A stretch of DNA of 64,000 nucleotides from Dimorphilus gyrociliatus. Lineage: Eukaryota > Animalia > Annelida. The stretch is taken from the NCBI GenBank assembly GCA_904063045.1, contig CAJFCJ010000011.1, forward strand, positions 806,001-870,000. The letters are read 5' to 3'. The position numbers and the translations under genes are program-made. Under the pieces are notes generated by a model, which ran no database searches, was not told where the DNA came from, and saw nothing but the letters and a program-made list of their open reading frames with translations. Shown here piece after piece: positions 42,231-54,600 of the stretch. Within the stretch, counting starts at the first letter, position 1. Each line of letters starts with the position of its first letter.

Positions 42231-43069
42231 ATGATGGAGGAAAGAAAGGCCGAAGAAGCAGCTGTCTATCAAATAGACGAACATTTTCAGCGTCTTGACT
42301 TTCCGAAAATTATACATTATATTTCTAACGATATTCTTCTATCAGATGAGAAGGTAAACAGAAATTGTGAATTTACTATTGCTTGTAATTTTTCTCTTAA
42401 GCATCATTTAGTGACTTTCCATGAACGTGAGGGGAAGTCCGCTCGTTTTATTTTTGAATTTCTGGAAACGTTAAAGAGAAGAGAGAATTGGTACTTGGCT
42501 TTTATTCGAGCTTTGAGAAAAGATAAGTTATCGGATATTGCCGATGAAGTAGAAGGTTTTAGTTTCTTAAAATGTTTTGATTATTATACTATATTTCATC
42601 ATTAGAGAGAAAATTTAACCTTTTTCATAGAAATGTTAAAACTACAAATCAGTCAAACAACTTCAATCTTGAATATAAGAGCGCTACTCACAAGTACCCA
42701 AATAAATTCAAAGAATATTATGATCTTCATAACAATGATGATAATCTTAATATTGTGGAAGTCGATAGCGAAGCTGAACAGCGGGATGAATTGAAATTTT
42801 CTAGAAAGCCTATTGAGCAAGATATTGATATTGATATTGCTAGAAATGAGACTAATTCAGAGAAAATCTGTACCACTGATGGTACTATCGAAATTAGTGC
42901 AGAAAAACCTAATTATAGTCTTTCAACGCTTGATTCAAATGAAGTTGTTTTTGCTGAAAATTATCATGATCAAACTAAAGTTGCTCTTTCATTTAGGTCT
43001 TACGCTACGGAAATGCTTGAACCATTATTCCAGTTTATGTGGGAAATTGTTTCAGCAGTATATAAATAA
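42231..43069 (+). CDS. CARD-domain protein with MAVS/IPS-1-type CARD; exons 42231-42353, 42402-42555, then 42606-43069 (or 42631-42794)
   Basis: FLETLKRRENWYLAFIRALRKDKLSDIADEVE matches the MAVS CARD segment [32 protein letters not shown]. Confidence 0.7.
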
Positions 43070-43179
43070 TACAAATTATAGCTTATAAAACCGGTCTATT
43101 GGTTAGAAACATATAGAAAGAAGGTGTATTATATGTTTTAGAAACATGTTCAACGAAAAGTGATACAGATAATCTTTTC

Positions 43180-43643
43180 TTATCCAATTCTATCCAACGA
43201 AGTGACAAGTATAGCACTGTTACCTCGAACAACCTGTATGATAAGAATAAGTGATTGTGATTTAAAACACAGATGATTACTTACACACATTCCAATTTGA
43301 TTCTGTGTCGAATCATTACAATCTTCCACCGTATTGTCCAAAACCATATTCATGAAAGGATCAAATCCACGCAAAATACCCGTCACTTTTCGCTTGCCAT
43401 TTAGTCGAACTGTTCAACATAATTTACTGTAATACTTCGAATTTAAAAATAGTGTATAAGCTTACCAACAACGCGTTTATCCATGTACCTGGAAAGAAAG
43501 ATGAACCGTAATTTTCAGAGTTACAAGATTCCTACTATATGTGTAAACATTGTATATATCTATATTACTTGAATATAAACAGAACATTATAAAAATTAAC
43601 GTTTAGCTTACTTTTTGAGCTCTGGTGGATGTGCTTTGCTCAT
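43180..43643 (-). CDS. SNRPG: Small nuclear ribonucleoprotein G (SmG), 4 exons
   Basis: MSKAHPPELKK|YMDKRV..RLNGKRKVTGILRGFDPFMNMVLDNTVE...IGMC|VVRGNSAIL..LDRIG*. Confidence 0.95.
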
Positions 43644-44329
43644 AATAATTAACGCTTAGTCGAATAGTGTAACAGGACGATAAGAACGGAATAACGCTTT
43701 CAGACCGCTTCTTGACGTTAGGACCGGTCTTAATTTAAAAGATATTTTGCAAATTATAAAAATAACACATTATTTTTGTTCTATGATTTTCTTTTGTATA
43801 AGAAATATTTTGGCTCTTATTCGTATATTTATAATGTTCACTTCCGGTTGAAACTGACTGCGGGACTACAACAGTCGTTCGTCATATATTTTTTTCTCCT
43901 ATAAAATTCAATCTACAGCAGTACTTGTAAGTGAAAAAAAGTAAAAGAATATGAAATGAAAAGTTTGTCTATCCATAAAAATATCTAATTTCGATTGAGT
44001 TTATAAACTCATCTTATTTCCCATCAAGAATGTAGAACAAGCGCGTACTGTCCGCCATTGTTAGAGAATGAGAATGAATTTTTGTCACTGTAATACAAGA
44101 TTTAGCTCGCATATAAGAGTGAATCCCTCGTATAGATAGCTTCTTGCATAAGGAATGCACATCTCATAACAGAAGTTCGTTTTCATAGTTTAGCGTCTCT
44201 TCAAGAGCTTAAATCTAAACGAGCGTGTTCTGTAGTCGAATGAGAAAATTATTTCCTTTTGTGTATATCAATTATATAAAAATAATATCATTTTTTTTTC
44301 AAAAGTGGAATGCGTCTGTATATGTTCAT

Positions 44330-47300
44330 ATGGCTGATCAACTTGACAAAGAAGTAAAAGGAAGAAGTAGACGTCATTCAGCTTCAAAACGAACTGCGTA
44401 AGTGTGTTTACTTTGTAAGTATGAAGTGACGCATCATTTTTTTATATTTGGTGTTTAGGCCAAGTAAACGCACAAGAAGTTCGACCGGTCGATTGGAGAG
44501 TGATAGTCAACTGGAGGGGTAAGTTGAACTTAAAATAATTCTTATGATCTTCTATAAATAAAGGTATCAAAGATGTGGTATCAAACTGTATAAATTTATA
44601 GGAAAATTAAAATTTAAATCTTAAATTAAAATAAAAAAACTTATTGATTATTTATATTTATAGGCTTGGTTCGTACAATACACGCAGTCGAAGGTCAACC
44701 GATTTAAAGCGAGATCGTCCTTCAACATCCACCGAAGACACCGAAGTAAGAAAGAAAGTTACACCGGCTAAGAAAATTAAATCGGAATGTGAGTTGAGTT
44801 GAATTTTGCAACGCTGATAATTAAATCGAAACGTTGTTTATTAAAACTATATTAAAGCCCAAAAAATCTCTTGTATCTTTAATGAAATATTTAATTTCAC
44901 TAGCCGACTCCCCGCCTGATTCTGAAGAACGAGCATTACGTTCAAACAAACGAGCTTCTCTTCTACCAGGATTACCACCAAAAAGAAGATCTAGAAGAAG
45001 TCTATCTATAGAACACGTAAAGAAAAAGAAAACATCTAAAAGACAAGCAAGAAGCAAAGGCAAAACGGGTACTTGTGCTAGCAGCAGGTTAGTAGGTTTT
45101 CTTCAGAATACTACATTGGTCAATCCTAATATACTTTTTAATATTGAATACCAAGAAATTTACTTCAAAGTAATTAGATAACCAATAGGATAGGCACTTT
45201 TTACTCTAATTTTTTTTATTTTATTCTTTCGTTTATTCGTTCTTTGTGAACGAAAAATATCAATTGCTCTATCTAAATTAAAACAAGACCTGACCGATGT
45301 TTGTCTATATAAATTAATGTTTAGTTTATGATTTCTGATGTTGTGGCCACTGCATGTTTTTAGTTCGGAAGAAAGAACAAGAAGCTCATCTGCACAAGTT
45401 AATTCGTCCAAACATTTTTCATCGTAAGTCCTTAGGTTATTTTTTTTGGCCTTAGAATTAACTCCTTAGTTTCTAATTTTAATTGTAACATGAATGTTTT
45501 AACTTTTAGTTTACACTGAGTATATATCATTTGTATAATGTGCATCTTAAATACTACACGTATTACTGACTCACGTTTAGCAGCTATCAAAACGTGAATT
45601 TGTAATTTACTCAGTGAGGACGAAGTAAATTCCTATCGCAATTAAATTTTAGGCAAAGATTATCTATTCTATTAAAATTGTCTACGCTAGTTTAGAGCAA
45701 TAGCTCGTCTTGTATTTACTTAGCGCTTTCGAAGTGAAATGTACTTATTATACATATATATACATATATGATTTTTCTGTTTTCTTAGTGGTCGTCGAAC
45801 TTCGGTTCTGACGTCGTCTGGGCGTTTTGGCACCGGAGTAACCCAAAATCGTTCAGCAGAAGAGGACACAAGAACCCAGGATACAATGGCTGATGAACAA
45901 CCTACTACGGCAGGGGAATCCAAAAGTTTGGGTCCGGGCGATGATAGGACATCCAACGCAGCTTCCTCTGCTTCGCTAACTGTCGTTCCTGGAGGAGCCG
46001 CAGGCCCATCAACTTCTGGTTTGAATAGTGCTGCAGCTGCAGGACCGTCTTCCAGCTTCGCTTTCTCATTACCCTTGAGTGACGAAGATGAAGCAGATGT
46101 TGGACGATTACAGGGTTTGTAAATATTTTGACAGTTAAACAGCTATTTCACCCGGCGATAAAGTCAAATACAATTTCAAAAAATTATTGGGAAATCTTAA
46201 TGAATTCCTTTGTTTTTAATTAAAAACTTTATATATCTCCAGCATTGTTGGAAGCTCGCGGCTTACCGTCTCATCTGTTTGGTTCTATAAATTCTAGAAT
46301 GCATCATTTTCTGCAGAGAACTATGATGTCTGGAAATCATAATTGTAATTTATATAAATATTATTAACTGCAAATTTGTTGATTTTGATCATTTTTAACA
46401 GTGGCCAAAGCTCAACAGTTGGTTCAAGGCCTTGAAGCATCTGGAGATGAAGCTACTCAACTGTCGGCAGTCATGGAATTGTGTCAGGTTTGTAAAAATA
46501 CTATATTCAAATTTATATTTTATCTCATTGAGATGAACATGTTTCGAAATAATTTGAAAATAAACTTACTTTGCAGATGCTGGTAATGGGAAACGAAGAA
46601 ACTTTATCAGGGTTTCCAGTGAAACAGGCCGTACCAGCTCTTATTACTCTTCTTAAAATGGAACATAATTATGAAATGATGAATCATGCCTGCCGTGCTC
46701 TCTGTTATATGATGGATTCTCTGCCACGTTCTTCTGCCATAATAGTAGAGGCTGTCCCTGTTCTATTAGAAAAACTACAATCAATAAGTTGCATGGATGT
46801 TGCTGAGCAGGCTTTAAGTGCCTTGGAAACGCTTTCAACACGTCACAGTCGTTCTGTTATGCAAGCTGGTGGTGTCAACGCCGTCCTCACATACATCGAT
46901 TTTTTCAGTTTAGCAGCTCAACGGAGTGCACTAGCTATTGCGGCTAATTGTTGTTTGAATGCCACCGCCGCTCAATGGTCAGCTGTGAGGGAAAGCTTAG
47001 CTGCCTTATCAGCTCGAATCAATCCTAGTCATGATCAAAAATGTATCGAAAGTGCTTGTTATTGTTTCACAAGGCTGGTGGACAATGTACAGAATGAAGA
47101 AAAATTCTTAAAGGTATTATGGCTTAGTTTTATTTTTTATGTTAAATGAAACTCTTTATATCTAATTCATTGTTTTTAGGAATTGGTAGCACATAGTCTA
47201 CTCACTAATCTTCAACAACTACTCTCTATAAATCCTCCAATCTTATCAACAAATACGTTTGTGGCTGTAATTAGAATGTTGGTCGTTATGTGCTCCAATT

Positions 47301-50300
47301 GTCCAGATTTGGCAGTAGTAATATTAAAACAAAATATGAATGAAACGATTCAGTATTTGTTGGTTGGCAGTGGAGATATTCTTGTTCAAAGGACTCCTCA
47401 AGAACACTATGAGTTGGTAAGTTTAATAGCAGAACTGATGCCAACTTTACCGAAAGATGGAATTTTCGCTATCAATGAAACACTTAGTTCTAAAGTTGGA
47501 ACAACAAACATTTGGCAATGGTGTGACGACGGAGGTGTTTGGAGACCGTATTCTTATGAACATTGCAGGTTGTTATACTTTTAATTAAAAATACTGGCAT
47601 ATCTAAGAAACTTCATTAAATAGATTAATTGATGCGAGTGAGGATGGAGGTGAAGAAGAAGCAAATTTAACCATAAATGGTGAATCTTACACGTTGGATC
47701 TTCTAAACATGACTCAAACAAATGATGATACTGGAACAACTCGATCAATACAGCGAGCTCCAAAAATTATACCTAAAACGCAGCAAAGTCCAAAAGTTGA
47801 CTCTCGAGCTGAAGTCTTGGCTGAAAATGAAGAATTAGCATCATCTCTAATCAAGTCTCTTTTTGGGGTGTTATATCAAATCTATAGTTGCTCCGCAGGG
47901 CCTCAAGTTAGACATAAATGCGTGCAAGCGATCCTCAGAATGGTTCACTTTGCCTCTCCCGAAATTTTACGGGAGGTTTTAAGTCAACACACAGTGTCGA
48001 GTCATGTAGCTGCTATGTTGGCATGTAATGATTCAAAAGTTGTTGTCAATGCAATGCAGTTGGCTCATTGTCTAATGTCAAAATTACCTGATGTTTTTGG
48101 TGTATATTTTGTAAGGGAAGGTGTTATGCATCAAATGTTGTCGTTGCGTAAAACTTCGTCAACAGACTTGGCAGTTCGTAGAAAGAAACCTCAAAAAAGA
48201 AGTCCGAAGAGACATAGCGATCAGAAGGTTGTCTCTAATTCTGATGATAGTAAACCAACAACAAGATCTAGGGCTGCAGCATTACACGAGAAGGAAAAAG
48301 AGAAAGATAAAAAGAAAAGTGGTGGCAAAAGCTTCCTGCAAAACCTAAATCCTACTCGTTGGGGAAAGTCTCAACAAACTATAGGTTGGTAGAACTGATG
48401 CATAAAGTTATCTAATTTCACTCATTTATATAACCATATTTTAGGATCCAATAAAATATCTAAGGAAGCGCCTCCTCCCTCTCTTTCCAATCGAATAGAT
48501 GTTGGAATTAAAGAAAAGGTTCGAGATTGGATTAGGTCAGAAGCAGATACTTTTTTGAAAAGCTACTTCAGTGAGGAAAGTGGAAAAAATCCTGCTTTAC
48601 AAATATTCAACACTCTAGAATCTGCAACAAAACGAATATTTGAAGATGAAGAAGCTTTAATCGAAATAGCTTTGTTAATTCATGAGAGTGACGCGTCAGC
48701 ATTTGAAATAGTTCATTCTGGCTTGATCGAAAAGCTGAATGAGTTTCTTACCGGTGGCGACGAAAGGCTACGAAAGTTTTTGGAGGCATTTGTGACCAAA
48801 GATGAAAATTCTAATAGAAATTTACCTGATTGTGGAAAACCTGATAAACTAAGATCTCTCGTCGTTAGACTCTTAGACTGTCTTCATCACTTGGAGCAAT
48901 TGGAAGTAAAAGTCCATGATATGCCAAGACACGCCAGCAGTAGACACACAAATGCTTTCAGATTCTTAATGACTCAGCAAATGAAATGTCAGCTTAAAAG
49001 ACATCCAATGTGCAGAAACCTTCACCAATGGCATTCTGGTCCAGTAAAGATAGAAGCTTTGGCTACAGCATCAGCAATAGAGAGATATCTAACTGGCCGA
49101 GGTTTACATTTAAAATAATTAAAATATACTAAGATATTTAAATCTGGACTTTATCATTTTAAACTGTTTCATTTGTATAGGTTATGCTACACTGAAAGAA
49201 AATGAAGAGGAAACGGACGGAGAGAATTCTGATGATAGCGATGATATTGGTCCTATACCTGTTAGAGGCGATGTCACACCCGAACTAGAAATTCTTATAA
49301 ATGATACAGTTATTCAACCAAATATGACTATCTACCAAGCTATAAAGCAAATAAAGGGTGATACAGATACAGATACTGAGAATGAACAGACTGTGTTTTC
49401 TCAAACTCATGTTCTTTTTTATCGTCCCGCATCTGACCGTAATTCAACATCGAACACCGTCCCGCCAACAGCAAAAAAGAGTCGGAAGGGGTCTGCAAGC
49501 GCCAAAAAAGATCGCTTGTGGAACGAGGGTGTTTGTCCACAGAGAACCAGAATTTTAGATAGTATAATAAAAAAGAAACTTAATTTTTCTTCTTGGAATG
49601 ATCCCTGTTTATCAGTGGCTCAATTGCTCCGAAATGTTCACTCTATGTGTCAACATTGGTACTCTTTGTACTCTAGAAGCTGCTCAGATGGATCCTTATT
49701 ACAACATTCCGCTTTTCAGTCATCGAAACTAACTGCAAAGGCAAAGAGGCAATTGCTAGATCCTCTTGTGATAATGACTGGTCACCTGCCAAATTGGTTA
49801 ACCCAATTAGTACCCCAATGTCCTTTTCTCTTACCATTTGACACTCGAAAGTTGGTCTTTTGCTTAACAACATTTGACCGAGAAAGGTCACTAAACAGAC
49901 TTCAATCAACGTTTTCTGACCCTCTTACTGAAAACTCAGATAGAATAGGACCCCGATTGGACAGAAAGAAAAAAGTAGTATATAGAGAGAACCTTTTGGC
50001 GGATGCTGAACAAATTATTGAAGAAACAGCCCATATGAGAGCTATTTTAGAAATTCAATATTCTGACGAAGTAGGAACGGGTTTAGGTCCAACGATGGAA
50101 TTTTTTAGTCTTATAAGCCGAGAATTACAAAAAACCGAGCTGAATTTATGGAGGAGTCCAGAAGTGGTTGAAGATCATATTTTTGCTCCCCAAGGACTTT
50201 TTCCTGCTCCACTTGCACGAAATGCAAAAACTTCGGTTGTTAATAAAGTGAAGAGTAAATTTCGATTTTTGGGTAGATTAATGGCCAAATGCCTGATGGA

Positions 50301-51090
50301 CTCAAGATTGATGGATTTACATTTATCAACAGTTTTTTACAAATGGATGTTGGGTTTGGAAAGTAGCCTCGGCAGTGAAGATTTAAAATACATTGATGAA
50401 GATTTAGCTAGAAGTTTCCGGCACCTAGAAAATATGAATGAAAGTCTGGAAAAGGGAGAAAATTGTGAAGTAGAAGATTTGGACCTTAACTTTACTTTAC
50501 CTGGTTATCCAGAAGTTGAACTTAAGAAAGGTGGCAAAGATACAACTGTCACAGCTTGCAATTTAAAAGAATATTTAGACTTACTCGCTTATTGGACGCT
50601 AGTGGAAGGTGTACAACGACAGATGGAAGCCTTCAGAGATGGTTTTGAAAGCGTTTTTCCCCTGTCAAATCTGAGGATATTTTACCCAGAGGAATTAGAT
50701 TGTGTATTTTGTGGGGATCGTTATGCACCGTGGGATTATAATATGTTACTGGAGAGTTCTAAAACAGATCATGGTTACACACATGAATCACAGGCCGTCA
50801 AGTTTCTCTTTGAAATACTCTCATCCTACAGTAAGGATGAGCAAAGGAATTTCCTACAGTTTGTAACTGGTTCACCTAGACTACCCGTTGGTGGTTTTAA
50901 AGCCCTAACTCCACCACTTACTATAGTTCGAAAAACTGTTGTTACGCCGGAAAAAGCCGATGATTTCCTACCCTCTGTTATGACTTGCGTTAATTATTTG
51001 AAACTACCCGAATATTCATGTAGAGAAGTTATGATGGAAAAGTTGACGATAGCTGCAAATGAAGGACAGCTTTCTTTTCACCTGTCGTGA
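44330..51090 (+). CDS. TRIP12: HECT E3 ubiquitin ligase TRIP12 (ARM, WWE, HECT)
   Basis: [53 protein letters not shown]-terminal HECT ending [16 protein letters not shown]...[10 protein letters not shown]-terminal low-complexity exons from 44330 are less certain. Confidence 0.95.
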
Positions 51091-51630
51091 GGAGTATTGA
51101 TGCTTTTAAAACTGCGTTAACTTTTTTGTGTTGTATGGAGTAATGGAAACTTTATGAAAGTAAAAAGACATTGTTTTCTTTATATTATTCAGTAAAATAT
51201 ATAATAAACTCAATCAGTACATATTTTTGAACTAAGATCCTACGCTTTATACATTGGATAAATAAATTTTACACTGAATGCGGATGACTCCAATAGTTAT
51301 GATTTTATTTTACCAAATCGTCAACAGAATAATTCAAAAAAAATTCCTTAAATTCTCCCACAATTTACCATCTATATAGCAGGTTTACAATCTGGAAAAT
51401 TATTTGATAAAGCTGAAAGCAATAACACACAACATTTTTACAAAAAATAGACTGAAAAGATAAAGCTTTATACTAAAAGTTAATAAATCGTGTCAATATT
51501 TCTAACATTGAACATCATTTTTGCATAAAAATGCAGTTCAAAACACACCGTAAAAGTTGTTTTCCAACCCAAATTTAGAATTATCACAAGACAGAGGTGA
51601 ACGAAAAAAAGCACCAGGGAACGCTAGATT

Positions 51631-54600
51631 CTAACATTGATTCAGACCTTCGGATGAATCGGCTCGGCATATAGGACAGGTCCGATTAAGCTGGAAAAAA
51701 GTTAAAAATAAATCATGAAGTTGAATCGTATAATACATACTTTCAACCATTTATCCACACACTTCATGTGAAATCTATGCCGACATGGAAGAACACGAAG
51801 AATTTGGCCACGTTCGAAGTCAGACATGCACACCACACAACTACATTGATCCTTCTCATCAACACATTCTTCGAATTTGCAAGTTGTTATACGATCAATA
51901 TCAGACTTTTGTAGGCCTCTCGGCTTTGCTTCACCAAGCCTCTCGGCTAATGACAAGAGGGCTTCATAGTTATCCAAATTCTCCCTGTCTTCCAAGTAAT
52001 CATTGGAAGAGTAACCAGAATTTCCAGCGATTAGCGTGCCAATTAAATTTAATAGATAGGTATGATAAGCTGGTGCACCGGGAGTAAAAGTAGCCCTACG
52101 TCGTATTGGTACATGTTGGACAAAGTATTGAGGGTGGAAGAAAGTTTGGGGGTATTGTGGAGGCGGTGGTGGTGGTGGCGGAGGAGCTTGTTGTTGATTC
52201 TCCTCCTCTCTCCTATTCCTTATGGGAGCGAAATGAGGAATAGGAGGGGGTGGTTGCATCACGTGACGGTTTGGAATGGGTACCCTATGAAATTGCTGGA
52301 AATGGGGAGTGTCGATGGCAGTAGAGGAAGGCCATTGATGGTGGTGTTGTTGTACTTGATGAACATGAGCGTGTTGTGGTGGTGTACAGAAATGAGTAGG
52401 GCAGATGTTGAACGGGTTCGTTTGAGCAGGCGGAATGTGCACCTGAAATAGTGTAGGTTAAATATTATATTGTTATTAACAAGTTCAATGGATTACCTGA
52501 TCTTGGTGCACGAACTGAGTGGGAACGATTTGTTGGTACGGTTGAACTGGCTGCATAATTGGAATGACTTCAAATTCTAGATCACGCCTCTGAAAGTGAT
52601 GGGCTTGATTTCTTGGCGGATACCTGTATTTTGAAAACAAAAATTAATCTGAAAAGACGATCTTACCCGAAGAAGAGAAGGATGAAAAAACTTCTAATAA
52701 ATACTCGCTACTTTATACATGTTGAATAAGTTAATTATTTTACGTAATTGTTTAAAGCAGAAAAACTAAAAACCGAATACTGTGAAAAAGGTATTATATA
52801 GAATAATTTCCATACCGTTTGTTATTTGTTTTTCTAAAAAAAAATCAATTCCCGGAACAATGAACCTCCGCCAATAAAGAAACAACAGCTTCTATTACGT
52901 CATAGCTAATATTAGTTGCGTAATCATATTGATTGTTTTTGTTGGTGCAGGAAGAACAAAAAGCGAAGGCTTCTCCAAAGGCCTACATGCAACTGGAAAA
53001 AGGATTAATAGGCCAAAAAATAGAAATAGCGCGAAAGGCCTATTATAAGATAGACACCAAGCGCCGGAATTTTTCTAAAGATAACCAGTTAGTGAACGAA
53101 ATTAACAATTAGTAAAACAAATAATCAACAAAAAAACTATATTTCTATTTCATTAAGGTCAACTCTTGGGAAAATGTTTATAGAGTTTACTATACGACTA
53201 TTAAATTCTTTTAAATAAAAAATAAGATAGAAGCAAATGGTAAGTTGGATTATCTTAATATTGTTTAGTAAAATAGAGAATTCTAAAACAAAGAAAATAT
53301 AAATTTATGGGATGAAGGCTTTCAGAGATTAAAGATAAAAAGTTGTTTATCGCTTAATTTGAAATGAGACAAAAAAATGTGCAACAGATATAAAAGTTGA
53401 CCTTAGAAATATAGAATTTCTGTAGTTAATCACAACAATTATTCCAGCATTAAGCTAGAGGAATCGATTTTAAGTATTTACAACCTCAAAATTTTGCCAA
53501 AATACCTTCCTTTTTCACAGTCTTAAATAAGTTGTCAAACAATGAAAAAAATTGTTCTATAATAAAACTACATTCGAAAAATTATGATTGGTGCCAAAAA
53601 CCAACGCCATTTGTGCTATAATATGAATAACTATATAAATACATGGGAAAGGTTATGTATTTATATATATATATGTTTTTTTATAAATGTTTGTATCTTC
53701 ATTATCAATATTTTTTTGTTTTGCACTCACACAGAAGAAGTGGAATATCGATATAGGGAAAAAAATAGGCATCACTCGTCAGGGTCAATTAGGTTAAACG
53801 AGTTTGTCTTGTTTTGAAATAAAATACAACATAGGACCAAACTCTGGACTGTTTCGGAAAATGTTAGCTACATCGAACGTGCAAAAAGATAGATAACAAT
53901 ATTGTTGAATAGAACATTTCGATATCATAATACATATTTATATACATATATTTGTAAATGTATAATCTATGTATATATACATTTTACTCAATCGGGTTTC
54001 ATCAAGTATGTATATAAGCATAATCAATACATAATACAGATATATAATATATATTTAAACAAACTAAAACTTTATATATCTGTATATATAAAATTTTTAT
54101 GATTCAAATATATATATATAGATATATATAATGTTTATCTGAAGTATCACAATGTACGCCCGTTAACCAAATTACGCTTGTTTGACGAGTGCTAATTAAA
54201 TGCTTTCTAACTATCTGAAATATTCTTCATTCCAAAAATATAGGCTTTTAAAGTTCTAGGATATTGAATCTACCCGATTAACAGAAGTACATTGTAAACA
54301 AAATGAGCCTGATCATTCTAATAAAAAATCATGCGAAAGCCATACGCTAGGTGGTGTCTGTATCACACCCGTGATTGTATTAGCAAGACCGACAGATGGC
54401 GTGACTGAATTAGAAGCGATAGAATCAGTGGAATGGACCATTGTTTTTCTAAAAAAATATAGGCTACTAAAGTAATAGACCCTAGACCACACAACAACAA
54501 GCAAATGTTTCTTTGTTTTTTTTCAAAAAAATCTATTGTGGTCAGTAAACAGAAAAAAGTGGCATGAAAAAACAAAAAGACAGTAACAATGTATAAGATA

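Noticed and set aside
51785-52451. Plus-strand ORFs opposite RNF38/44
   Set aside because: Antisense shadows of Pro/His/Gln-rich coding sequence.
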